From Chrysomallon squamiferum (lineage: Eukaryota; Animalia; Mollusca), in the NCBI GenBank assembly GCA_012295275.1, contig CM022670.1, forward strand, positions 36,890,001 through 36,954,000: DNA of 64,000 nucleotides. Direction: 5' to 3'. Shown here one piece after another: positions 12,384 to 26,311 of this stretch; the first letter of the stretch is position 1; each line of letters begins with the position of its first letter. A program made the translations under genes and the position numbers. Under the pieces are notes generated by a model, which saw only the letters and a program-made list of their open reading frames with translations, made no database searches and was not told the DNA's origin.

Positions 12384-15300
12384 AATCTGATAAAAATTCA
12401 TTGAGTTATAATCGTAAGATATTTTTCCTTTTGTCTTCCATTTAATGTTTATTTTGTTTGAATACCGGGGGTCTCTATTAACCAATGAAAAGCTTTCTTT
12501 TGAAGACGTAACGATCTTTTTTTTTTTCAGCACGCGGCATTGATATTTGAATAATCGTGTGTGATGTCGATACACTATGATTCACAGAAAGAGGAATGAA
12601 ACTGGCTATACGCTGATTTATTGACATGGCGCCCCATAAATCCATGAACATTCCAAACGCTTGCTTTTTTGGCATTTGTTTGTTTTACGAGCGGTCTCTA
12701 CAGATGGACTTCTACGTGCAAATTGATTTGAGCGGCCTCAGTCACCGAAGTCATCACTAGTCTACGGTCGACAACATCGTAATAACGATCAGGCAAATGA
12801 ACGGTATGGTCAGCTATTTTGGAATAATGGTCACGTGAATCTAACGTTTACGCCTGTGAGATAGGTTGTAGTACCGCGCAGTAGATTCTATCTTTCTAAC
12901 CTACTAACTCATTCATCTTGCTTGCTGTCAGTCGATTGTAACTGCTTCAGTTGTAGGATCCGAGGGCTTTTAATGAATGATAATGCGATAGTTGTATCGG
13001 CGAAAAGCAACCAAAATAACATATAAAAAGAAAAACGAAAACCGAAACGTAAAAAAAAATCTCGAGATATTGCAAAAGCATGTCTAAAATTTTCATTTCG
13101 TACACTTTATTATGATTCGAAAATTAACAGTCGCCTTATAACTGCTGATGTTTAAAAATTATCAGTCTTTGGCGATTATGTTTTTAAAAAAAAAAAAAAA
13201 AAAAAAAATCCAAAAACAAACAAGTGATTCGATTCTGGAAACAGTAAATCCTGTTTTGAGCTAAAATTATTATCAATATTAAAACACTCGCGTTATAAAT
13301 TTCCAAATTTTTATATTTTTTCCTTTAATGCTTCTGATGATCATTTTCGAAAATGTGTCTGGCTACGTTGTTTTCAACAACGACGAAAAATAAACTCTTT
13401 TAAATCAGAACTTGGAGCGTTTGTCGACGATGCTGTCGGGTATATCGGGATGAACGCCGAGACGGGAGACAACCGGATAATTTAGTGTATCTGATAGTTT
13501 TATTATAAAAATAAAAGCCGCGTTTATGTCACACGGAAGCTCGAATAAATACGAATAAAGATCCATTCACGTGACACCCATAAACACAGCCATCATGTCG
13601 CTACACCGTTCAGTTTATTTATTTGATCAATAACGACAAAAGACTCCATTCGTTCTTGCACGTCCCAAGTTATAATTTCTGTGTTCGGAGGGACCACAAA
13701 TCACTGAAACAATTTCAAAGTAAATGGATTTACTCGAGCCTTAAGATGGTCATAAACCCCCTCTCTATGGATGATGGTTAGATCATTTCGATAGCTGCAG
13801 ACGATATCTTTAGTTTTCCCGCGCGGCCATGAATAGACGAGCGATTAATAACTGTAAGACTTAATAGCAAACATTCCCAGACACGATGTTTGTGGGTGAA
13901 GTCACATAAACAAACCTAAACGTATACATCATGTTTAGATATTTCAAAATATTGCTTCCGATGGTTAGAATAAAATTGCAAAGCCGACCACTGCAATACA
14001 TTTCAGAAATATTTAAATCAGTGCACCCTGGCTATACAGCAGTGCAAGATACATCATACTTACAATTTAAAACGAGAAATTACTCAGTTGTACGAAATTA
14101 TTTTCTGTGGAAACGTAGATCAGAATCCAGACAGAATATTATTTTGACTTGTTGATTTTGGTAGGTCTGACTCATGCCGAAGTCTATGGTTCGTAATCTT
14201 TCCGAGATAAATTCAGTGATTTAATATCACACGTTTTTGTATCATCTATGACGAACACATAGCTTATTTTGTTATGTAATGCTCGTACAAGCATTTGCGT
14301 ATATCGGACCTGCTGCAATTAAATTGTGATAATAATTATATACTTGTTGTTTTCGCCGATAGTATTTCTGTGTTTCAAGTGAAGTAATTCATCGATGTGA
14401 ACCCACCATCCTACTAAAAAAAAAAACAAAAAAACATAACTTAATTCATCCCGGAATTTTTTTTTTTTTTTTTTTTTTGTTGATGTAATTTCTTTATCTT
14501 GTAATGTGCAAGTGGATACATGTCTGAGTAATTTGAATATTCGTCATATGAATGTGAAACTGTATACTTTCTTTTGTTAATTTCTTCGAAATAAATTTTA
14601 GCCACTGTGTAGTTTTTAACTTCAAATTAGATTCGGTTGTTGATGAGCATCGTTCCTTCACACCCTTTCTCTCTTGTTCTCTCCGTTTCTTTCTCTTTGT
14701 GTGCGTGTGTCTTTGAATAATTTCTAAATCATGATTTCTTCTTTTTTATTTTAATTTTTTTATTTTATTTAATTTTTTTTTTCTTTTTTTTTTTTTTTTT
14801 TTTTTTTGCGTATATTAAACAATTTAAAACTTACAGGTTTGCGATTTTTCGGGAGTTGCTTGTGTTTTTCTGTCTGTTTGTTTGTTTGTTTATTCGTTTA
14901 CAGTTGTTTTATTTATTTATTTTTTTTTTTTTTTTCTTCTTCTTCTTCTTCTTTTGTTTCTATTTAAATTTGTTTATTCATTTTATTCATTTACAACTGA
15001 AATCATGTTCCGTTCGCTGCTTCCTTCTCTTCACTTTTCTACAACCTTTTTACAAATAATCTTTCGTCTGTAATTGCATCCCGCCTTGTCGCAGGCGCAC
15101 CCCGCAATAAATTTTCTCCGATCCCAATTTAGCCAGCGTTCAGAAGAACCGACTCACGTGCGCCGCGCTCTAAGAACGATCTACGTTGCAGAATTAATAT
15201 CAAAACGCTGGCGATAAAAGCTAGTTGCATCACCTCAGCACATGACTTGTTATCTGAAAACATGCGCGTAAATTCATATATTATGAGAGTTTAGGTCGTT

Positions 15301-15620
15301 CAATTTGTCACGAAAAGCCCGCCTGATGTAATGTAGTGTAGCAGACTGGAGTGTTCGGGCGTATCACTCACTATAGGTTGTCTGATTTGACGTATTGGTA
15401 TAGATAGGGAGGGTCAAGGAACTTGCCACGAAGCGTTATAGTGCCTGTGACGTATAACGTCACGTTTATTGCATATAGTTACATGATCAGATGGAACGAA
15501 GTCTTCCCTTTCCTTCAGTTGTGGTTAAACCGGTCTTAATTTATTACTTTCATTTCATAATGCGAGTGTATTATTTTTCTCTAGCAGATCATTTGTTTTG
15601 TTTTGTTCGTGTTTATATAG

Positions 15621-15752
<132 letters not shown>

Positions 15753-16224
15753 ACATGTTTATACACATAGAAGTTGTTCTTTTTAAAAACCTAGAGATCA
15801 AACGTTTGATCTGACATTAAACAAAGCTGTTGTGTTTCTGAGAAATTAAGCTTGCACGCCCAGACATCAGAAAATCGGCTGTTTATGTCACTATAATTTA
15901 ATTACATAGGAAAAAGAACTCATTTAATGTGTCCACATTCAGTTTAACTTTCAGACATTTCAAGTCAGTACTCACACTTTCAAACACCTTGAAATGTCTG
16001 TTCTAAAGTAAATAATGCATAGTAATGGGATGTTTGTGTTTTAATTTATGTTTTGTTTTAACGGTTGCTTATTTATGGATTTTTTTTATTATTATTACGG
16101 TTTTATACATATATACAAAACAAATGTAATACAAAGAGGCAAATAAACACGTCACACACATACAGAGAGAGAGAGAGATGTATATTATGTGTGTATCTGA
16201 ATGAGTGGATGTGTTGGTGTGTGT

Positions 16225-16236
16225 GAGAGAGAGACA

Positions 16237-16280
<44 letters not shown>

Positions 16281-16317
16281 CAGAGAGAGAGAGAGAAAGA
16301 CAGAGAAAGAGAGACAG

Positions 16318-16377
<60 letters not shown>
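16225..16377. repeat. (GA)n interrupted microsatellite
   Basis: Directly visible. Confidence 0.95.
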
Positions 16378-16378
<1 letters not shown>

Positions 16379-16931
16379 GGGGCAAAATAGAGAGAAAACG
16401 ACGCAGTCGAATAATTCTCTTTATCTTTTTACATTCTTATTTTGAATACGCTATCCAAAATACAGCCATTTCACACCGACACACCGACAAATACAATGCA
16501 TTTTTCAAGCTCGGTTTACAGTCTACGAAATTTATTTTTTCCAGTTTGAAGATTAATTAAGTGCCGCATTGACGCTTCATGTTCGCAAACAAGATCTAAT
16601 TTATCCCGATGCGTGCGCGGCATTTTCATCACAGAGGAAGGAAATTTGATCCTCGCCAAGGCTTTGTTTGGTTATTTACCTACTCTGAAAGCGATAGGAG
16701 AACAGATAGTTTGTTGAATGAGACTCGCAGTTTCAAAACAGGACAGGAATTCTTCGTCTTAATCCGATCCGATACATTCCCCGAGTCCTACCTGGCTTAT
16801 ACTGCACGACAAAAGTTGTAGTTGACACTAGACATATATAGCTTGATTTACCTGCAAGTAGACGTATTTCATCCTGTGTGTGTGTGTGTGTGTGTGAGAA
16901 TGGGTGTGTGTATGGGTGTATGGATGAAATG

Positions 16932-16976
<45 letters not shown>

Positions 16977-17760
16977 ATATGTGTATGTATCTGTGTATAT
17001 GTATGTATATATCTACGTACGTATGTATGTATCAAAATAATCTCTGTCTCTCTCTATCCATCGATTTATCTATCTATATATATTTATATATCTATTTATA
17101 TATTCTTATATCTACTAAATATCTATCTTTCTGTATGTCTGTCTGACTGTCTGTTTGTCTGTCTGTCTACAAGAAACGTAAGACGACAATGTACACAATG
17201 CGTCATTAACACTGAATAAAACACGATATGATGCAGTATAATATAATACGATATAAGACAGTGTACATAAATTATTTTTGTACGTATTAGTCTGCATATT
17301 TCGCACTAGAAAAAACCGATCCAAGTATTCGGTTGAGATCAGGTAGACAAGGTTTCCTATCAGTCCAGGTAAGCTGCAGATAAAAATTAAATTTGATATA
17401 ATTATGAGAGCAGACTTATATTTTAAAAAATCTGGGATTTTGCCAGTTTTGTATCTGGGCTTACTTGTAGACGTACACTGCTTGTCTGGTGATGATAATG
17501 TTTCCGTTCTACACTGTGATGGAAAATATTTTATATTAACATCTGATAACAGAAGAATCTCATTTTATCATAAATCACAGAAATGTTTTTATGTTGTTGC
17601 CAAACATGGTAAAAAAAAAAAAAAAAAATTAAAATTAAAAATTAAAATAAATAAATGAATGAATAAATAAATAAATACTAAATAAATAAATAAATATTAA
17701 ATAAATAAATAAATAAATATTAAATAATTAAATATTAAATAAATATATATATAAATAATA

Positions 17761-17797
<37 letters not shown>

Positions 17798-18199
17798 TAA
17801 ATACAATAAACATTTTAAAAACATATAAAATTAAAAATCTTTAGTATTTTCTCTTGTCTTTCCTTTTCTTCCTAACTGTTGATTTTGTTCGATTTTTTTT
17901 TATTTTGTGTAGTTTTATTTATTAAATTATATCCTTATTTATTTACATTTTGAGATAATTCCTTTTTTCTCTCCTCCTTTCATTTGTTTTATTTATTTAT
18001 TTATTTACTTACTTACTTATTTTTTAATACATTTTTTTTTCATAGAGGTAAGTTTAATGAACGTTTAACCTTCTTTTGTTTTATTTTCTATATATTATTT
18101 ATTTACTTTTATTTTTTTATTTGTATTTTATTTATTTGTTTACTAATTTGTTTCAATGAAAATAATGAATTTATTTTACTGATTTATTTACTTTTTATT

Positions 18200-18287
18200 A
18201 TTTATTATTATTATTATTATATTTATTATTATATTTATTTATTATTATTATAATATTTATTAATTATTATATTTATTATTATTATTA

Positions 18288-18350
<63 letters not shown>
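18200..18350. repeat. (TAT)n microsatellite
   Basis: Directly visible. Confidence 0.9.
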
Positions 18351-18351
<1 letters not shown>

Positions 18352-18922
18352 CTTCTATATAATAATGTACATCTTTCTGACAAGACTCATTCTTTAGCCT
18401 GTTTTTCAAAACGTAATGATTTATTTTCTTTCAGTATACCACTTGGAAAGTGTACATTATTTTCTCTGGACAAATATTCATTCACCCGGTTTTTCCATTC
18501 ATCCACAAAGGGTCTGTTTTCTGAGATAATTGCATACAAAATGTACCAACATTCAACCGTTACTTCTGACCAACCCTCCTCACGGAGTTTGTTTTAAACA
18601 CTGATTCAAAACCTGTTGTGGAAACGTAAATGATTTGAATACAAAATTCTGAAGTTTATTTTCGTTAGATAAAAGGTGTGTACAAGAGGCGGACCCAGGA
18701 GATGAAAAAAAAAAAAAATAGGGTTGTGAGGAAATTGTGTTAGAAATAACTTCCGAGATTAACAGAGTTTCGTTATAACAGGAATTCTCCGCCACCCCCC
18801 AAAAATAATTAAATTAAAAATAAAAAACAAAACAAACAATCAAAAAACAACAACAAAGCTTTGTGTAATTTCTAAATCATGATTTCCTCATTTTTAATCA
18901 CAATTTACTTTTATTTTTATTG

Positions 18923-18972
<50 letters not shown>

Positions 18973-19429
18973 TAAATAGTAGATATTTAAATTTATTACC
19001 ACTCTCATAATTAATCAAGCTTAAAATGATATAATAATGTTTTAAAAGCAAACAAGCGAAGTAATACTGTTCAAAAATCCAATAGAAAAATTCAAGTGAC
19101 TTGTATTTTAAATAAGTTTATTTAATGATTTATTTATTTATTTATTTGTTTGTTTGTTTGTTTGTTTATTCTTTTGTTTAGTTAGTTATTAGAATGATTA
19201 TTTAACGATATTATAGCTTGAATATCAGTATCAAAGTATAAATGTATAAATATCACAGATATATAAATTAAAATTTGAAAATAATTCTAAATTCTTTTCA
19301 AACTGAAGATGAGTCACGGTCAAAGTTGGAAGTATTCACATTTAAATAGATGATTGTCCTTTAGAATATAAATAATTATTAGTTAACAGTTTAATTTTAA
19401 ATTTGATTTAATTATGATTTACTTTGATT

Positions 19430-19712
19430 TAAATTAGTTTAATTTTATTTAATTTAATTTAAGTTTGATTTAATTTAATTTAATTTAAGTTTGATTTAAT
19501 TTAATTTAATTTAAGTTTGATTTAATTTAATTTAATTTAGTTTAATTTAAGTTTGATTTAATTTAATTTAATTTAATTTAGTTTAATTTAGTTTAATTTA
19601 ATTTAATATATTTTAATTTAATTTTAATTTTATTTTATTTTATTTTATTTTATTTTATTTTATTTTATTTTATTTTATTTTATTTTATTTATTTATTTAT
19701 TTATTTATTTAT
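19430..19712. repeat. (TTTAA)n/(TTTTA)n pentanucleotide array
   Basis: Directly visible. Confidence 0.9.
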
Positions 19713-19892
19713 TATACTAGTGAGTTACTTTATCAGTTTGTCAGTGTTTATAATTATTAAAAATTTTACTTTCTTTATTTAGCTGTTTATTATTATTATT
19801 GTTGTTCCTGCTTTTCTTCTTCTTGGTCAGTATCGTTTTCTTCTTTTTTTCCTTGAATATTATTACCCAGTATTTACTTAATACTAAATATT

Positions 19893-20053
19893 TATTTATT
19901 TAGTTAGATAAATTATTTTATTTTCATCTATTAATTTATATATTATTTATTTATTTACATATTTTGTCATTAATATTTATTTAGTTAGATAAATAATTTT
20001 ATTTTTGTCTATTAATTTATATATTATTTATTTATTTACTTATTTTGTCATTA
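19893..20053. repeat. Tandem duplication of an ~80-bp AT-rich unit
   Basis: TATTTATTTAGTTAGATAAA...TATTTTGTCATTAAT occurs twice head to tail. Confidence 0.8.
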
Positions 20054-20086
20054 ATTTAACTATTTGTTTGTTTGTTCTTCTTTCAT

Positions 20087-20141
<55 letters not shown>

Positions 20142-20965
20142 TTAATCTGCTTATTTGTTTATTTGTCTATTTTTCCAACAACTGTTAATTTATCCCTGAT
20201 GGATATCATTTAAACTATAACACTTCAGTGTCACATAACTGCCAATGAACAACACTTATAACGACTTAATGTTTGTAATTTATATGATGAATATTTTTAA
20301 TATCACCTCGCAGGTCTGTACCCGGTAATTACACGAAACAACATCTCATTGCTCTTTCCACAGCTAAAACGTGGTTATGGAATATTTATCATCATTCCGT
20401 GACTTCTAAATGCCGGGCACAGTTTACTCTGTAATTATCGTTTTCGGTGAATTCAGGTCTGCCAGGACATTCACTCGGACCATCTGTTCAGCTCGTTCGT
20501 CCTCCATCGGATACGTCCACGTCGTAGCAGATGTCGTAAAATGCAGCCAGCCAGCGCACGACGTCATTGTACAGTACAGTAGAGGAGGTGGACATTATTC
20601 CGTTTTAAAATGGCGAAGAAGAAGAAGAAGAAAAAAAAAAAAATTCTGTAATGTTTGTTCTACCTAAAGGAGACAGAGAAACATCATAAAACAGATCAAA
20701 TTTTTTTTCAAAATATTCAATTTATGTCGTTGTGCAAATTCTCAAACCATCTGTCTCTGTGATTATCTGACACTGGACCCTGATCCGAATAGTTCCGTAA
20801 CATGTCCATTTTTCGAACAGCTACTTCCATTAACAATGCTTTGGCTTATAAAGGGGTGGGAGGGTCCTGCTAAGGGAAACAACTCCACCTACTGACATAT
20901 TCAGATTGCGACCTTGTTTGGTAGTGGTCAACTAACCTATGGCTAATTTCTCGCTGGAACATTAC

Positions 20966-21032
20966 CGTGACAACAAATGGCCGGAGTGGATAATAGAATG
21001 GTCAATAGAAAACCGGACAATGCGAAGACCAT
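20966..21032 (-). CDS. Candidate first coding segment with signal-peptide-like sequence MVFALSGFLLTILLSTPAICCH(G)
   Basis: GCAATGG start context, hydrophobic core and phase-1 donor CACG|GTAATG. Upstream acceptor TTCTTCTTCTTTTCGCTGCAG| at 21236/21235. No homology recognised. Confidence 0.25.
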
Positions 21033-22887
21033 TGCCACTGCCTCGAAACTGTCCGCCTCGGACGCAACTGCCTTTTGAACTTTGACAAGAATGAAACAGA
21101 AAACAGAGTTTCCGTCACGAAAGAAAGCGGACAATGGCTTGCGAAAACTTTTGTTTCCAGGAGCGTGCCAGACCTCTTGAAGGTCACCCTGACCACTGCT
21201 GCTGTCGCGATACGGCTTAGTTGAGAGGCTGTCGTCTGCAGCGAAAAGAAGAAGAAGAAGGCGTCCAGTCGATGATGATAATGATGACGTACACCATGAT
21301 GTTGCTGAGTCAACACTGTCAACAACGAACGTGTCGTGTCGTCTTTCGCTTTCAGAAGTCGATTTTCATCACTATTGTTTTCTTCGCTTTGTTTTTAATA
21401 GTTGGATCTGTTAGCCCCGAAGCTTCAGCGTGGCAAGATTTGTGAACGCTTTGTTATGAAAACCTGTCGAAGTAATGATAATCTTGACAAAACGACTTTG
21501 TATTAGTAACATTACTTCAACATGATAAGGATAATTAAAAAAAAAAATTGTAATAGCATAATGGAGGTTTAAAATAATTTTAAATGTAAATAACATACAA
21601 TATTAGAAATATAGTAGTAATATAACAGATTCTTTTAAAAAAAATAAATAATAATTTAATATTTGTATAATACTCGTGGTTTTGAGGGGCGGTTTTAACT
21701 GCGGTTTTAACTTCTGTGTTATTCTAAACGTTTTATTAAGTGGTAATATTTATATCTTTTAATGCAATTATGCATAAACGTGAGAGAAAAAAAATTAAAG
21801 GAAGAAAAAAGAGACATGAAAATTTAAGTTTGATTTACGATCAACCGTAAAAACGTCTTTCTTTCGAGTCTCCACTGTAAAAGGAAACGTGAGAGTGCAA
21901 ATTGTTAAAAACAATTAATCTTAATCTTTTTTTAAAATATATTTCTCGCGGTACGAACAAATGGTCTAATGCAAAAGAAAAACAAAAAATTTTTACTATT
22001 GCTACTTATTAATTTATTAATACTGTTCTTAGACAGTCTGTCGTTGTGATTTAAAAAGCGTGATTATAAAGTGATACCGTAACTGAACATTTGAATGTTT
22101 TTTATTTAAACCCTTCGCAAACAGCTGTAAGAAACTTCAGAATAAAATGCAGTTACATAACAGAAAAATAACAGACAGCATTATATTTAAACGTTAAAAG
22201 ACACCTCATAAGATTTCAGACAGTAGATAAATAGATAAACGCAGTGTTTCAATGCGGACCGATTATAAATACTTTAAAATTAGAACTGAAATAATTCCAT
22301 CAGCGGAAAGGACGTAATCAAAATACGTCATTTGTTCTAGGTGTTAGATAACCGTATTAGATAACTTAGTGACGTCCTTTGAACGACCGCCGACAATGCA
22401 CTCAATCAAGTGGATGATCCCTTTTTGCAAATAAAAGAATGAATTCAATGACTATGCTTTATTTAAAAAAAAAAAAAAAAAAAAAAAAATTCCTTTTGAC
22501 GACAGCACTGGGTCTTTATAACGAACCCATAACATTTACTAACTGTAAACAGACATTGCCAGAAAAGTGACGATGCGAAAATTGCATGTTCAGTCTTAAA
22601 AGGTTTTCGCATGAAACCTGAAAACCAAGAATTACCTGTTATAAAATTTAGCTCGTCCTAGCGTTTAGCAGCATTTTCTTCAATTCAGTTAATGGCGTTG
22701 GTCGCCACTTTCCACGGTATCAAGGGAAGCCCAATTTAACATGTCTGTGTTTGCCAGATGTTATCGTGCATTGCAGAATGGTCGATCATGTTGCAAACTA
22801 ACCGGACAAGATAGCATAGTCTGGATATGTCCGTGTTAACAGAGAAACAGACAAATCTTAACTATGTTACTATCAAAAAAAACAGAC

Positions 22888-22919
<32 letters not shown>

Positions 22920-23276
22920 TGATATCATTTTGAAATTAATTAGTGTTTAGAGAAATATTTTTCTATAAATTAGACGTCATCCTTTTTTTATTATGTATTT
23001 CGTTTTAAATATTATCTTTTCGAATATATTATTTTACAGTAGTACGAAATTTCATTTAAACAGTAAATTCACATACATACATCATCCTTTATCTCTTCTT
23101 GAAACCGCATCTGTAATTAAAATTTGTTTTTTCTTCATTTAAACCGTTAAACAATATGGGTGAAAGTTTCAGAGACATCAGTGTAGAAATGTAGAGTGAT
23201 TATTTCAAAATACATTTACGTTTATTAACATTTTTCATCTGTGTTTTTGTATATGTTTCTATTGACGTGTATTTGT

Positions 23277-23317
<41 letters not shown>

Positions 23318-23588
23318 GCTTTTGTTTGTCTCTTTCACAATAAAATCTTTCTTTCAGTCCATGCCTGTGTTCATTGCTGACACGGTATACCTTCCCTCAA
23401 AATATTCCTGGTTGTTAACAGATAAAGAGCTGTATACTATTATATGACTGTATTCAAAAACTGTTAAAATTTAGTTAAAAATAACTTTAATTCATTCATT
23501 TATTATTTCGAAATAAATATCTGATTTTTTTTTTTTGTCATTAAATTACATATTTAATTTTGTTGTGGTTGTTGATGTAGTAGGAGTA

Positions 23589-23621
<33 letters not shown>

Positions 23622-24115
23622 GTCGTCGTCGTTGTTGCTGCTGTTGCTGTTGTTGTTCTTGTTTTAATCTAACTTTTTCAAGATCATCTTCGTAGAAAAA
23701 TAAATCTAACATTTCATTTCGAATACTGACAGCTACCTCAGCCTAACGAGATATATTAATTTTATTGTCATAAAACATTAACAAAAAGAAATACAATACA
23801 CGAGTCTTCAGTGAGACAAGGTAACTAACTATCGCAGGTAAAAAGAGCGACCTGCGAGTTTCGAATCGTGACTGTAGCGTGATTCAAACACAGACGTAGT
23901 GTTGTAACTCCAGCTCAACCAACTCCTATTGTTGCTCTTCGTCTTCTGAATTCGAGACACAGCTTAACAAAGTTAGTTCGACATTCATTCATCCATGAAA
24001 ATCAGTTTCAAAAAGGAAACAGCAAAAGTACTTTTGTAATCGAACTCTGCAGACGGATGAATTAAGTGGGTTTTTTTTTTTCGCAGATTGAAATATAATG
24101 AAACAATAAATAAAA

Positions 24116-24153
<38 letters not shown>

Positions 24154-24404
24154 AAACAAGATGTATTTGTATTATAAATGAAAATATCTTAAAACTTAAA
24201 GAAACACTATGATTAAATTTATAACAAACCTGTTTGGAGTTAAGAGTTGTTTTTAAACGTTTTTTGACATGATTTTCATTCTGACTAAAAAAATTTAAAT
24301 TTTTTCCGTGCCTTTTAAATAATAATTATTTATGAATTTTAAAAAATATTTATCTTCCATAACTTATTAGGAATTAACGCACTCTTTCTAATTTTACGAC
24401 GACC

Positions 24405-24438
<34 letters not shown>

Positions 24439-25554
24439 CAGTGGTTTACAACAAAACGCCTTTTATCCTCAAAGTCATATCCACCATATTGATTTCGCCT
24501 CCGCGTTTTAAAAAAATCCTCAAGTCACCTTTGGGACTGTTTTTAACTCATCCGCAATTCATTCTAATTAAAGCAACTTGCTTGTAGACAAATGTTCCAG
24601 ACATAAGCTCAGGCATAATTAGGACAAAACATTTTATTTTATTTCATTATTATTATTTATTATTTTTTTTTTTTTTTAAATTTTATTAATCCTGTATCAT
24701 TAATACAAATAAGGTTTTATTCGATAATGTCTAAGTATTCATTTTCTTTTCTTTTTTTTTAATTTTTTTTTTTATGTTATCGGCGTTTTGAGATTTGATC
24801 TGAAGTGTCCACAGCAAATTAAATTAGGTCGAGCGAAATGTGATGATCATCTTTAGAATCCCCGAGTGAACATTATACACGTGAAGTACATAATGGCTGG
24901 GCAGTTCGCCGCGGACTGAAAAAAAAAAAGCAAATGGGGGAAACACAGTCTATTGACGAGACATTCAGCTGACGATTTCACAATAAAGAACCTGTCTGGA
25001 ATTAACAAATGTCCACTCAGGCGTGGCACTCGAGTTTGATAACAAATTCATTTCCCTGTTTTCATTCTAATGACCACTCAGTCGTAACTGACCAGTCGGC
25101 AGGCAGGCAGACAGGCAGGTTTGTCGAGTTTTATTTTTTTAAAGAAGATTCTCGATTCACGTGTCTTTCTGCCCATTTAAACGGTATGGTGTTTTTTTCT
25201 CCCATTTGTTACACGTCCCGTTTGTTACGCACTCAGCTTTATTACAAATAAAGCAATAAACCCCAACAATATTAATGTAACAGTCACTGAATCAGCTTGA
25301 ACCCATTTATATACTAATACTGTGTGCTGTAACACTGTCATAAACGCTCCAGTGAAACGTATATCGTTCATATGTACTGAATCTGATATAATAATTCGCA
25401 TTATTCTTGTGTTATGCAGACTGAATTTATAATAAATGGATATGAATATGTATTTCTGTTCTTGCTGTTTAACTGTTAGTACGGGTTTGCTCAAGATGAC
25501 TGTGTGACAGCTAGGAAGATGAGCGCGTGCATCAAACCGTGCTATAGGTAGGTC

Positions 25555-25605
25555 ATGGCTGAGTGAACTACTAATCGCATTATGATTAGCAGTTCACTCA
25601 GCCAT
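25555..25605. other. Near-perfect 22-bp stem hairpin (pre-miRNA-like)
   Basis: ATGGCTGAGTGAACTACTAATC-gcattat-GATTAGCAGTTCACTCAGCCAT; 21/22 Watson-Crick pairs. Confidence 0.5.
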
Positions 25606-25718
25606 ATCCTGTGTTGTCTTAAGGTGTGAGAGAAATGGGGAAAATGCCGTTCAAACAGTGCAAGTTGACGCTCTTCATGTCCTCTCGCCAGACAGAAAAC
25701 ACGAGTTTGGGTTGTCTG

Positions 25719-26311
25719 TTTTTACTATTACTTACTATTACTTACTATTACTTACTATTACTTACTATTACTACTGCTACTACAGATACTACAAGTACTG
25801 CTACTATAGCGACTACTACTATTACTATTACTACTGCTTCCTACTACTTCCTACTGCTAGTACTACTACCACTATTTCTACGTAATAGCAATGAAATGTT
25901 TAGCTAAAGCGATAGAAAAGTCATTTACAGAACTTTTAAACGATTTAATATTAACCTTGTCACGATTGCAGAAAAATTCCAAAGTTAAATGTTAATCTGT
26001 ATCAAAACCTTCTTTAACTTCTCTGTCTTTGGTTTCCGTTAGCTGAGTTATTTTACACGCACTTTGTGATAAGACATGAAATCACATCCCTCGATCTTTG
26101 ACTGGGATAAATGATCGGGACCGAAAATTTCGATTTAACGAGAGTCCCAGTTTTGAGAAAGTATTATTATTTTTTTGAAGTTACGTTCTCGATCTGTTCT
26201 TTAATTCTAATTTTGTTTTTAATTCTTCCTTTCTCTCTTTCTTTCCTTCATTTCTTCATTCTTTTTTCACTCTGTCCCCCCCCCCCGCCCATTCTACCAT
26301 TAGCCTATATT
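25719..26311 (+). repeat. Left arm of a ~580-bp inverted duplication
   Basis: Reverse complement of 27391-27962; mirrored ORFs in the ORF track (26111+ vs 27383-, 25626+ vs 27792-). Confidence 0.95.

Noticed and set aside
12855-12912. let-7-like string (minus strand TGAGTTAGTAGGTT) with a weak fold-back
   Set aside because: Seed mismatch, divergent 3' half and poor stem; no miR-100 or miR-125 nearby.
23832-23857. 8-bp stem TCGCAGGT/ACCTGCGA
   Set aside because: Too short to distinguish from chance in 64 kb.
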